Positions 1-10,759 of a DNA stretch of 64,000 nt are shown here, one piece after another. This stretch comes from Octopus sinensis (lineage: Eukaryota). Every line of letters begins with the position of its first letter. Position 1 is the stretch's first letter. The position numbers and the translations under genes were made by a program. The notes below the pieces were generated by a model, which was not told the DNA's origin, made no database searches, and worked only from the letters and a program-made list of their open reading frames with translations. Location of the stretch: contig NW_021836134.1 in NCBI RefSeq assembly GCF_006345805.1, positions 335,440 through 399,439 on the forward strand, written 5' to 3'.

Positions 1-844
1 CATCCAGGAATTTTATGATTGACGATCTAAGGTGATCATCGAGATTGTCAATATCATCTCTGCTTCTCAGAGGCTGGGACACGACATTTCGAAGAGAATC
101 CCGCATATATGATTCGAATAAACTCCAGTTCATGTTCACGAGGTTGTAACCAATGAACAAGTCCTCCGTAACATTCATAGTCATCTTTATCAACATCGTT
201 TGCGGCACGTGGTCAGAGCCAATGTCCGCTTCCAACCTCGGTATGTAACATAAAGGACTAATTGATGCCGAGCATAGAAAGAGACCCAAGCGATCAGCCC
301 TGCCTCTGTCTGCATAATGATTCAGTTCTTCCGATGTAAAGACCGAAAAACCCAAGCTACTGGCCAAGTCCTCAAGGACAGTTCCATCCATATTCGTAGT
401 TTCACATCCATAACTCACATTTTTGGCATTAAGATCTCCTGCTAGGATTGACAGGCAATTTTCCTCAAAGAACGTCCCAATAACGTTTGAATAGCGCCTT
501 AGCGACTTTGAGTACATTCCCCCGACGGTTAGCCAGCCAGCAGTCGTGTGCAGCTCGAGCACAATAAGTTCACAGAGTGACTCCTCCACAATTCTGATGT
601 TTCTTACCTTAAGGTTCGCCCTGTAGTAGACTGAGGTTCCTGTCCCCGCCACTGAGTTTATTTTCCATGGTATATTAATAGACTTATAGCCTTCGAATTC
701 CACCCTCGTAGCTTCCTTCAGCTTAGTCTCATTGATAATCAATATGTGAGACTTCGCTGTGGCCAGCAGGAGCCTCAGCTCCGATGCCCGTCTCGCAAGC
801 GAGCGGGCATTTAGAATTGTCAGAGCAAGGAATCCTTCCGACAT
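1..844 (-). CDS. LINE ORF2 N-terminus (AP endonuclease), copy A, cut by window edge
   Basis: Same sequence as 13413-14256: ILNARSL, INETKL, GDLNAK, SDHVP motifs. Confidence 0.9.
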   Translation of the reverse strand, partial: MSEGFLALTILNARSLARRASELRLLLATAKSHILIINETKLKEATRVEFEGYKSINIPWKINSVAGTGTSVYYRANLKVRNIRIVEESLCELIVLELHTTAGWLTVGGMYSKSLRRYSNVIGTFFEENCLSILAGDLNAKNVSYGCETTNMDGTVLEDLASSLGFSVFTSEELNHYADRGRADRLGLFLCSASISPLCYIPRLEADIGSDHVPQTMLIKMTMNVTEDLFIGYNLVNMNWSLFESYMRDSLRNVVSQPLRSRDDIDNLDDHLRSSIIKFLD

Positions 845-2001
845 GGGTGGCTGACCTCCCGTGGGAGCGCCACCTTTTTCGGTAAAGGGGGTCTGCCTGC
901 TTTCCGTTTGCCACCGGTTTCAGCCGGCTCTGGAGGCGTCCCATCGTCCTCCAGCCGGGCTTCAGGGCTTGGCAGCTGAACTCCAGATTTTGCTACTGCA
1001 GTTTTCTTCACTGCTCTCGCCTTCGGGGCGGCGGGTTTTGTTTCTGGGCATGGGTCCGTTTGAATTCCCGTGTTAATGAAGCAGGTCTGACTTCCGGATT
1101 CGATCAAGTTCTTGACGATAACGTCAGTTTGAACACCAATATCGCATTTCGGATTAAGTAACTTCTTCGACCAAGACATTTGTATGCCAGACATTTGTAT
1201 TGCATTTACACGATTTCTCTTAGTGGGAGTCACTTCCAGTTTCTTCTTTGTCGATTGTTTCGCCACCGGACAGCCCAACCAGTTCGCCCGGTGTCCATGT
1301 GATCCGCAGTTGATGCACGGGAGTTTGACGTGTGTTCCGATCGTACATTGGGTGCGATCGTGTGCATCACCACACAACAAACAGCGCACTGTCTCTTTAC
1401 AGTATAACGAGATGTGTCCAAATTTGTAACATCGATAGCATTGCCTCTCGGGATTTTTGTACCAGGTAAAACGGATTTGGTTGAAGCCAATTTTAAGACC
1501 TAGGGTGATCAACGACTGTGCTTCGTTTCTGTCCTGGATAGTAAGCTTGCCAAGTGGCAGATTTTTCCCATTTTTACTAAATCTTTCCAGTTTGAACCCT
1601 GGGGATAGCACTTTCGACAAAAGCCTGTGTAGATCCTCGTTATCAACCCAAAAAGGTAGATTCCTCATCATTAAGGTCGAATCCCTGGGTGTTCGGTGCT
1701 CTATTGTGTGCCCATTGTCACCAAAAGGAAGCTTCATTTCCCAATCGTTTTTAAAAGACTCGAAATCCCGTTCCGAATTAAAGACAAGTTCGTATGAGCC
1801 ATCAAAGCGACGGGAGATTCTCGCCTTGAGGGCAGTTTTCGAATTACAGATGATGTTGGCAACCTCAATTGAATCAAAAGAGGTGTTTGACACACGTACA
1901 ATTATCGACACTTTCCGATTTTCTTTTTCTTGTTTGAAATTAACATTAATTTTGCTATTTTCAATTTTGCTATTTGCACAACCAGAAACGAAACGCACCA
2001 T
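820..2001 (-). CDS. LINE ORF1 gag-like protein with three CCHC zinc knuckles, copy A
   Basis: 393 aa; CYRCYKFGHISLYC, CLLCGDAHDRTQC, CINCGSHGHRANWLGC; identical protein to 14232..15413. Confidence 0.92.
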   Translation of the reverse strand: MVRFVSGCANSKIENSKINVNFKQEKENRKVSIIVRVSNTSFDSIEVANIICNSKTALKARISRRFDGSYELVFNSERDFESFKNDWEMKLPFGDNGHTIEHRTPRDSTLMMRNLPFWVDNEDLHRLLSKVLSPGFKLERFSKNGKNLPLGKLTIQDRNEAQSLITLGLKIGFNQIRFTWYKNPERQCYRCYKFGHISLYCKETVRCLLCGDAHDRTQCTIGTHVKLPCINCGSHGHRANWLGCPVAKQSTKKKLEVTPTKRNRVNAIQMSGIQMSWSKKLLNPKCDIGVQTDVIVKNLIESGSQTCFINTGIQTDPCPETKPAAPKARAVKKTAVAKSGVQLPSPEARLEDDGTPPEPAETGGKRKAGRPPLPKKVALPREVSHPCRKDSLL

Positions 2002-2003
2002 GC

Positions 2004-2770
2004 TTTCCTTTTTTTATTTTTCGATTTTTTGTTTTTTATTTTCTTTTTTTGTCTTTTGCGGTGTTTTATTTTATTTTTGATTTTTTAACTTTTTTTTGAT
2101 TTTTTTCTTATTTTTTTGTTTTTTTATTGTGTTTTTATTTTTTAATTTTTTTTATTTTTTGATTTTTTAACTTTTTTTTGAATTTTTCTTATTTTGTTTT
2201 TTATTGTGTTTTTATTTTCTTTTTTATTTTTTTAATTTTTTTTTCCTTTTTCATTTATTTTTTAAATTTTTTTTTTATTTTTGAATTTTTTTTGTTTTTA
2301 TTTTTTATTTTTTGTTTTTTTTATTTTTTGTTTTTTTTGTGTTTTTTATTTTTTTATTCTTTTTTTTGTGTTTTATTTTCTTTTTTGATTTTTTTGTTTT
2401 ATTTTCTTTTTTTATTTTTTAGTTTTTTAATTTTTTGATTTTTATTGTGTTTTTATTTATTTTTTTATTTTTTAAAAGTTTTTTTATTTTTTAATTTTTT
2501 TTTATTGTTAATTTTTTTATTTTTAAATTTTTTTTTATTTTTAAATTTTTTTTTATTTTTAATTTTTTTTCTTTTTTTGTCTTTTAGTTTCTTTTTTTTA
2601 TTTATTAAGTTTTTTTTTTCTTTTTTTGTTATTTCTTTTTAATTTTTTAAGTTTTTTTCTTTTTTTTTATTTTCTTTTTTTGGGCTTTATTTCTTTTTTT
2701 TATTTGTTAACTTTTTATATTTGATTTTTTCGTGTTTCTTTGTAATTTCCTTTTTTTTCTTTTTTTATTT
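2004..2770 (+). repeat. T-rich low-complexity tract
   Basis: ~770 bp almost entirely T with scattered A/G/C; source of spurious Phe-rich ORFs. Confidence 0.95.
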
Positions 2771-2784
2771 GGGTGAGATGGGGG

Positions 2785-3139
2785 AAATGCGGAAATGCGG
2801 CAGGCAGAGATGCGGCAGGCGGAAATGCGGCAGGCAGAGATGCGGCAGGCAGAGATGCGGCAGGCAGAGATGCGGCAGGCAGAGATGCGGCAGGCAGAGA
2901 TGCGGCAGGTAGAGATGCGGCAGGCAAGAAAGCGACAGGCAAGAAAGCGACAGGCAAGAAAGCGACAGGCAAGAAAGCGACAGGCAAGAAAGCGACAGGC
3001 AAGAAAGCGACAGGCAAGAAAGCGACAGGCAAGAAAGCGACAGGCAAGAAAGCGACAGGCAAGAAAGCGACACATAAAAAAGCGACAGGCAAGAAAGCGA
3101 CACACAAAAAAGCGACAGGCAAGAAAGCGACACACAAAA
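2785..3139 (+). repeat. 15-bp minisatellite, ~23 units, two unit types
   Basis: ATGCGGCAGGCAGAG x8 grading into AAGCGACAGGCAAGA-type units and ACACAAAAAAGCGAC variants. Confidence 0.95.
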
Positions 3140-3825
3140 AAGATTTGATTAATTACCTTATTAAGCTGACCGTTTTTTCTTCAGCTTCGTTTTTCCTCCT
3201 TCGGTTATCTATTAAAAAAATTATTTTTGAATAATAAAAAAGTTTAGGATAAGAGGCATACCGAAAATAAATTCTATCTTTACGAAAAACTTCTTTTCTT
3301 AAGGTCGTCTTCCCTCCTTCGGTTATCTATTGAAAAAATTATTTTTGAATAATAAAAAAGTTTAGGAAAAGAGGCATACCGAAAATAAATTCTATCTTTA
3401 CGAAAACTTAACTAAATAGTTAATATTTTTACGCAAATTCTTCTGATTGCGCTGTCAATGGGTGGTAAATGTGTTAATGATTGTCCTAATGTGGTTTCAA
3501 CTATCAAAGTGTTTTTCAAAATCTGTTAATTGCACACTCTATTCAGGTCGTGCGTCAATTTGTGGTAAATTGTGTTAATGATTGTGCTAATTGGTTTCAA
3601 CTATCAAAGTGGTTTTTCAAAATCTGTTAATTGCACACTCTATGATAATAGCTTTAATTTTGATTCATGGTCGTTAATGATATATGCATTTAATTTTAAA
3701 GAGAAAAATAGGATGAATTGAATTTCTTTATCGCGAATAATTGGGAGTTCATCATTGTTAATATTCTCGCTGTCGTTTTCATCAAGGATATTCTTAATAC
3801 GTGAGATTTTTGCCTGGAAAGTTTT

Positions 3826-4330
3826 AATGGACCTCATCATGAATGTCGAGGACATCGTAGTTATTCATTTTAACCAAAATGCAGAAAATTTTTTTTTAAT
3901 TTTTTTGGGGGGGAAGGTTTTAAGGACCTCATCATGTAAGTCGAGGACATCGTAGTTGTTCATTTTAACCAAAATGCAGAAAATTTTTTTTTGATTTTTT
4001 TGGGGGGAAGGTTTTAAGGACCTCATCATGTAAGTCGAGGACATCGTAGTTATTCATTTTAACCAAAATGCAGAAAATTTTTTTTAATTTTTTTGGGGGA
4101 AGGTTTTAAGGACCTCATCATGTAAGTCGAGGACATCGTAGTTGTTCATTTTAACCAAAATGCAGAAAATTTTTTTTTAATTTTTTTGGGGGGGAAGGTT
4201 TTAAGGACCTCATCATGTAAGTCGAGGACATCGTAGTTGTTCATTTTGACCAAAACGCAGAAAAATTTTTTTTAATTTTTTTTGGGGGAAGGTTTTAAGG
4301 ACCTCATCATGTAAGTCGAGGACATCGTAT
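3826..4330 (+). repeat. ~93-bp tandem repeat, 5 units plus one diverged unit
   Basis: TAAGGACCTCATCATGTAAGTCGAGGACATCG recurs at 3921, 4015, 4107, 4202, 4296. Confidence 0.95.
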
Positions 4331-4355
4331 TGCCAATTTGAAGTTGGTGTGCACA

Positions 4356-4415
4356 CACAGACAGACAGACAGACAGACAGACACACAGACAGACAGACAG
4401 ACAGACAGACACACA
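4356..4415 (+). repeat. (GACA)n microsatellite at Helitron-like 5' end
   Basis: cacagacagacagac... run; also at ~17787-17848 and, reversed, 52270-52306. Confidence 0.9.
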
Positions 4416-4489
4416 CCATACCATTTTATTATTAAGATTTGTTGCTAAGTTATCCAAACTTTGTTTACCTAAAATTTAGAAAAACTTTT

Positions 4490-4900
4490 TTAACATAGTA
4501 ATAACATAATAAACTAACCACGTGATCCCGATTCACTTCACAAAGGACCTCATCTTTCACGGTAATCTTCCCACTAGTCACAAAAAATCGGAACGAATGA
4601 ATGGTTGGTTGCAAGGACATAGCCCGGCAATCTGAAGTTCAGCTTAATCAGATTTTCCAAACGAGCCGCCCCGGAACCTTTGTTTCCATTTGACCAATGT
4701 TTGGCTTATTTGCACGCCCTTAATTGAGCCTTCTCGGTTTTCCTCCTGTTTGATAAATAAGGTTCCCGTAAACCACAAGCATAGGAAAAACATGGTTTGA
4801 TGTATTGAAGATATATGTTTTTGAAGACCGGGTGAGAACTACTCTTCCATAATCCCAATAAGGTTTCAACAAGTTCATTTATTTTTCGCATTTCATAAGT
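4490..4900 (-). mobile_element. LINE 3' fragment (also ~17930-18330; related 3' end near 49600-49700)
   Basis: IYLQYIKPCFSYAC resembles post-RT LYKxYIRPxLEY; shared end AAGATGAGGTCC...ATCGGGATCACGTG with 49620-49660. Confidence 0.5.
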
Positions 4901-7716
4901 ATTTTATCTAAATTTTGAGAAAAGCAGAAATCTATATCATTACTCACTTGTAAAATCCTCTGCATTTTTCACTGTTTTCTTATTGTCTCCTGAATCTTAG
5001 GCATAATCTCAAGATTTTAAAAAATGTAAATCATTAGCTGAATAAGCGAGAACTCTTTTTTTCATTCAAAAGTCGGAACGAAGATCCAATAAATGCAAAA
5101 ATTGGTAATAAAAAATCACCTTAGTTAAGTTAGTTAATTAATCCACTTTTGCGCTACCAATTGATCGTTAGCGTCCTTCAATCAACCCCTGATGACAGCA
5201 TAATCCTCCGAAAGTGTCTTGGGAAGACATCCTTCTGGACGTCCTTTATAAGTTGGATATTCAAAAAATCACGTTTGAGGACATTATTTTCTTAACATTT
5301 CGATTCGGAAATCTATATTTATTTCAAATGTAAATAAAATTTCAAACAAATTCAATTTTGAAATTCCATTATAAAAAGTTTATTTACAAAAACAAAAATA
5401 AGAATTAGTAGGAATTTAAATCAAGAAAATTTGGTGTGTATCTTCTGCTTGTTTCAACAAATTTAGATACAGCATTAATTTATACGTCAATTTCATAGGT
5501 TATCAATTAAAAAAAGTACTGAGATTTTAAACATTTTAACTAAATGAGTTCAAAATTTCGAAAAATTATTTCTGAGCTGATAACGGTATGTTTGAAGTTT
5601 TACAAAATATCAAATCAACAAATAATATTCCTTGTGTTCATTAATATTTTCAAAGTTTTATGCTACTATAAAATCAGAGATGAAATCAGTGTACGATTTA
5701 ACAACAACTGGATATTTAATTGCAAATTAAGCATGGATTGCTGAATCAAAAAAAGTTCAGATGATTGTTGAAGGAAAAACGAGTTATTACAAACTTGCGG
5801 GAAATGCTATGTCAAAAACATTGAGGATGTTGGCAGTAGCTATCGCTGAAATTAACTCTGCTTTAAAGGAGATCCAAATGGCATTCGAAATTGTCTAAGC
5901 TCAAGGTTTATCAGGACTTTTCCGTTTTTACATTTTTCGATGGGTTCTTCGGACAGGATTAGGAAACAATCTCTTCCGATGCTGTTTCAGTAAAAACCAC
6001 ATTTTTAGAGGTCTCTCTTTATGGATTCCATTCGTTTTGTTGTAGATTAGTTTAATAGTTGAGTGGTTTGTTTTTTTGACTATTCAGGAGGTTTTTAGAA
6101 AAAAGTTAAGATTTAGAATCAATAATGTGCAAAGAGAATAAATTGACTGTTTTTAGGAAAATGGCAATTGAAATTCTTTGTAGGAATCATGATGATTCAC
6201 TTTGCTCACATTTACGCGAAGAAATCCTACTTCTGAGGTCATAGATAAAATTTCCTGCATCTCCAAAGACTTCAACTAAGACGGGAGCAAAAAATGATGA
6301 TATGAGAGAGTTTGATATTTGTCGATTTTCACACGCTCCCTGCGTGCGCAAGGAATACGGCCGAAGAGATAATTTTCAACACAAAAAACTTGCCTTTGTA
6401 GATCGCATCCCACACAAGTGACATACCTTTTTAGAATAGGAAGATTGTCTTTTGTCATCACCTCAATGATAACTATAAACTATTCTTCATTATTTATTTT
6501 TACTGGAGAATTCGTACTTATTAAGTTTAATATCAAATGAATTTTCTCTTCAATACGAAGAAAAAAAAATTGACTGAGAACCTAATCATTTAAGAGTTTC
6601 AGTAATTTGTCTTTAAGAAACTAAGCTCAACAAGGATTTCGATGAGATTATCTTAGTTTAATATTTTATTTATTTGGGTTAACAATACTCAATTTAACTA
6701 TCATTAATTGATGTTTCTTCATATAAGACAACTACTCCGCAGACCGATCACGTCTCGACACCTCTCCTAATATTATTGTAGTAAGAAAGCCGACTCCTCT
6801 GACAGGTCAACTGACACTCGAAATTACTCTTTCCTAACGATAAGATTATTTTCTTCTTCCGCAATTTGTTGTTGTCAACCTTAATGCAATGCATGGATAG
6901 CGATCATGCTTGCCAACGTTTCTTGATTGTCACTAATTGGATGTATCCATTAGTCCAGATATTTAATTTTTTATGTAGGACTATAACTTGTTCACTATTC
7001 TATCCCATGTAAATACGACAAGGACTATTGTGACTGTGCCAAATTGTCCAGCAAGTAGATTATACTTGTAAAATTTATCTACTTCGACTTGCTTTAAGTT
7101 GTCTTTAAATGTAAACACGACTTCAAATATTGTTATCTAATTTTATATTTTATGAAACACTTGTTTTCAAGGCCATGTCTACTTTCGTGTCAACAGGACT
7201 ATTTCCCACGATCACTAACCTACCTAAATAATACATATAAATCTCATGTCTTTTTAACTGGAGGAATTTCCAGTCCTGATTGATGCGATTCTTAAATGAG
7301 ACCACCACATTAGTTCACTGCTTTATTAACATGACTATTTCTAAGAAAATTCATTAGGTAGGTCATTAATTAGTTAAAGCAATTAAAATTCACTTTAATT
7401 GCATCAACATACAAGGCATGCATGATGGAAATGATGGCATCATATCGAACTAATTGAATGTCTATTTTTTAATAACTACTGATATAATATAAAATTCAGG
7501 TATAAAAAATTATCCTAATAGAAAGTGTTATCCGGCATCAGTAAGTAAAAGTCATCCTTATATCAGAATCATGACTGACTTAAGAATCATCATCTGCCAT
7601 AAAATCAATTTAACAAATAGACGTTAATTATATATAACTTTAGCTAGACTATTTAATTTAGATTCTCAGTCCCGATTATTGGAAATCTCTTTCCTTCTCT
7701 TAAATAACAAGCGAGA

Positions 7717-7862
7717 CCCTGGGACATCGTCGTCTCAGGCCGATCTTGCGGGAAGGATTGAACCTTTCAGAAGGATCTCCCTCGTTTGGATCGGCAATCA
7801 CGGGAATAACTATAATTAACTGGCTTTGCCCGTGTTTGGTCTTTAAATAAATAAAATAAATA
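7717..7862 (+). mobile_element. Short retroposed insertion (SINE or truncated LINE 3' end)
   Basis: 146 bp, (AAATA)n tail, 15-bp TSD AAATAACAAGCGAGA (7702-7716, 7863-7877); absent from duplicate unit B. Confidence 0.8.
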
Positions 7863-8199
7863 AAATAACAAGCGAGATAACTTTACTAACGTTATTTTGC
7901 AGTGTGCTTATTAATAATAAATAACACAACAAATAATTAATAATCAAATTTTAAAAATATTACTAAACACGTTAAAAAAAATTATATAATTTAACTTTAA
8001 ATAGGAAACACAGAAACTAGGCAGTCATTTCTTAGATCCTAAACTGGAATGTATAAAAGATGCACCTCTCTAGCAACAGGAGAGAGACTCCTATTCAGAA
8101 ACTAGGGTAGTGTTGAGATCCTAACACCAGTGGTGTTGGCAAGCTTTGTGAGATATTAGCTAAAATGAACTTGTGCAAAACAGAAATACAAAATTCTAA

Positions 8200-8580
8200 A
8201 CTTATTTTTTCAGAAATCAGCTACAACTAATTCTTTTTTCGCGAAGTCGATCAAAAATGCCGTCCCGAATCCTCTATAAGAGAGAAAGAACCACGTCAAT
8301 CTTGGAGGAGATTCTAGAGGCCAGATTGAATATGTTTTGTCACATCCTCCGGATAGATATGAATGCCCGCACAAACTCAGCGCCATGTAGGATCACTTTT
8401 CTTTGGACGCAATACATTTCAGAGGCTGATCAAAGACAACAGTGTCGTCTGTCCTTCACGAGGACTTCAAAAATTGAGAAGCGCCTTAAGGATAAGAGTT
8501 ACGCAATCTGGCTCAGAATATAACAAAACATAGAAAGGTGACTTCACATGCCTATTGTGCTTCACGTGCTTTGTCATGAT
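8200..8580 (+). mobile_element. RTE-like LINE C-terminal fragment (also ~21430-21800)
   Basis: ILEARLNMFCHILR and FRG*SKTT resemble RTE-type RWRLFGHILR...RGRPKTT. Confidence 0.55.
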
Positions 8581-8734
8581 AGTTTGTTGTTGTTTTTGTT
8601 GCTGACATCGCGTAGTGCTATTAAGAATATGCATTCAGCTCAAAAGGAATTGAAAAAACTTATTTAGTGAGCATGATTTACATAAATAATTTCAATATGT
8701 TTCAATTATAATTTTTTGAGAAATTTATTAATGA

Positions 8735-9005
8735 CCAAAGGACCAGGGTAAACCTGTTAATTATAATTCCCATGATCCTCGATGCACTTCGCAAGAGACG
8801 GAGATCCTCCGGAAAGGTTCGATCGACCTGTGAAAAAGATTTCCCTTGGGATCAGATTTCTACAAGTTCTTTTTCGGTAGGGATTAGGTGCCCTCTGAGC
8901 GTTTTCATATCCAATTGAAGTTCCAACTAACATGGTAAACCACATTACGCCACGCTGAGATCCGGCAGGTAGGAGATTCCCATTCACAGGACTCGTCGCC
9001 TCACG
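8735..9005 (-). mobile_element. SINE-like element related to 7717-7862 (also ~21950-22220)
   Basis: Minus strand shares GAACCTTTC.G.AGGATCTCC and GGGAAT..TATAATTAAC.GG..TTTGGTC.TTAA.TAAAT with 7717-7862. Confidence 0.6.
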
Positions 9006-9720
9006 TTAATTCTACATAAACTGTCGTTTATTTCCTCTTCATACATTTAACAATTGTATGATAGATAAGCATTACATGCTTTAAAATCAATAATTTCAAT
9101 CTGACTGTGATGAACGGGTGTACCAATTTTATCAGGATTATGAAGTTTCTCAATTTTTAAAAAATTTCTATTAAGTTACTTGAACAAGCTGGCTTTTTCG
9201 ACAACTCTCGGTCGCTGTGCTCAACGAAAATACGCACCCCGGCGTCGTTAAGCTGACTCTTAGGCTCTCGATTATTCTCTTAGCTACTTACCTAGCTAGC
9301 ATCTAATTTTGTTTTTGATTTTATGATTTATCCCAAAAAGAAATTATTTGAAATAATCTAATAGTCAATCATTATACAATTTTAATACAATTGATAATTA
9401 ATTTTCCGACCATTATTCTAAGAGTTATTAATGATTTAATTGGCAATTTGTTAATCTACATTTTGTTAATGATAAAATAGATTAAATAAAAACCAATTTT
9501 TGTAATAAAAAACTACATTTGCTGACTCATAAACGTATTTTTCAAATGAACTAAATATCTGTAGAAATTTTTTTTCTTAAATAAAAATACATTAAATAGA
9601 AAAATGATAATGGTCAAATTTTTTTCATCATTAATTAATCATTTGTGGGTAATATTAAAAAAATTAAATATTAAATTATGGTTAGAAAAATCGAGATAAT
9701 CAAATTAGAATTAAATTAGA

Positions 9721-10135
9721 TTAAGTTGATATTTTTTGGAGAATGATCTGATAAATATCAATTCCTCGCAAAAACGTATCAACATTTAGATACTCATCAT
9801 GGTCATGAGGAAGCACAGGAGTGTTATTCATCGGGGAAAAGTTGAGAACTGGAATTCCAGTCTATGTATTGTTAGATTTAATAATGTACTCCACGAAGAT
9901 ATCTTGCATCAGTTCCTGCCGGAAAAATCATGACCTGTGTTTCCAGTTCACTAAAGTTTTTTATCAAAAATTTAAAATTAAAATATAATTTAACTCAATT
10001 ATTGATTAAAACTCACAGTTCATCAATAGCAGAAAAAAACGATTTACAAAACGGGGAATCAAGGGACGAAGGTTGAATTTGTTCACTATCCTGTCAAATA
10101 TTACAAAAATTCAAATAAAACATAAATTTTATTGA
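9721..10135 (-). pseudogene. ACY1: Duplicated 3' exons of aminoacylase-1, lacking the 5' part
   Basis: Near-identical to 22934-23348: [30 protein letters not shown]...RGIDIY. Confidence 0.85.
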
Positions 10136-10302
10136 CCTACACTACCTACACTCCCTGCGCCCACATTTCCTGCATTTCCTACACCTATATTACCTATGCC
10201 CGCACCTACATTACTTACACTCCCCCCAAGCTCAGTTTGTTCGTTTGTTTTAGCATCCACGATATCTTCGGTGAAACTCTCCATATTCTGACTACCCACC
10301 AT
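10129..10302 (-). other. 57-aa Gly/Val/Asn-rich ORF ending at the duplication junction
   Basis: MVGSQNMESFTEDIVDAKTNEQTELGGSVSNVGAGIGNIGVGNAGNVGAGSVGSVGQ*; the stop comes from ACY1-derived sequence. Confidence 0.3.
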
Positions 10303-10351
10303 ACTAATCTTATTTTTTACGCCACGCAGTAATACATATTGAACATTTAAC

Positions 10352-10535
10352 GCTCTTAAGCCTTGTCTTATCTTAATTGCTATCTGAAGTGGTTTGTCTA
10401 ATCAAGGTCACTAAGCCTAATTTCCGTAAACTGTAAAGGGCTCTTAAGCCTTATCTTAATTGCTATCTGAAGTGGTTTGTCTAATCAAGGTCACTAAGCT
10501 AAATTTCCGGAAACTGTAAAGGGCTCTTAAGCATT
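10352..10535 (+). repeat. ~85-bp tandem duplication, about 2.2 units
   Basis: GCTCTTAAGC at 10352, 10440, 10523. Confidence 0.85.
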
Positions 10536-10759
10536 ATCTTAATAGGCTGTTAAAAAATTGACAGGTTGTTAAAGATAAGTGAAAATAAGAATTAATCTAA
10601 TTTTAATTCAAAGTAAATAATTTTTAAGTGAAAATAAGAATCAATTAAGAGATCCAGCTCGATCTGCGTGCTCGACGGGGCAGGGGTTAGAGCCCAGCAG
10701 TACGGTTGCTTCCGCGTTCCGCGCACGGTTTGTTGAAGTGTGCACACACGGCGGCAGAC

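Larger units (their letters stand above)
1..2003 (-). mobile_element. I/Jockey-group LINE, copy A (3' part outside window)
   Basis: Appears identical to 13413-15415 (offset 13412); same 5' junction GC-ATG next to TTTCCTTTTTTTA. Confidence 0.92.
2004..4437 (-). mobile_element. Non-autonomous Helitron-like element, 5' portion, copy A
   Basis: Minus strand starts A|TCTTAATAATAAAATGG (TC at 4437-4436) then (GTCT)n, a typical Helitron-N 5' end; same module order as 52249-54193. Confidence 0.68.
1..10135. repeat. Segmental tandem duplication, unit A (partner 13413-23348)
   Basis: Colinear with 13413-23348; match ends at ...cataaattttattga (10135 / 23348). Confidence 0.93.

Noticed and set aside
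2178-2642. Phe-rich membrane-like ORFs (also 10822-11286, 15589-15804)
   Set aside because: Translations of the T tract.
2707-3234. Pentapeptide-repeat ORFs ([15 protein letters not shown]; also 16025-16570)
   Set aside because: By-products of a stop-free 15-bp minisatellite that is open in all frames and collapsed in copy C.
3826-4330. CRISPR-like array
   Set aside because: No unique spacers; units differ only in homopolymer length; eukaryotic context with no cas genes.
5178-5235. Hammerhead ribozyme (CTGATGA...CGAAA plus GTGTCTT/AAGACAT hairpin; also ~18624)
   Set aside because: No stem II, C instead of U opposite A15.1, no stem I partner; at best a decayed relic.
5750-7100. Possible gene remnant in the duplicated flank
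   Set aside because: Short open stretches only; no consistent spliced frame or recognisable family could be built.
9284-9300. Second U1-like start CTACTTACCTAG (also ~22502)
   Set aside because: No downstream SL1, U1A loop or Sm site.
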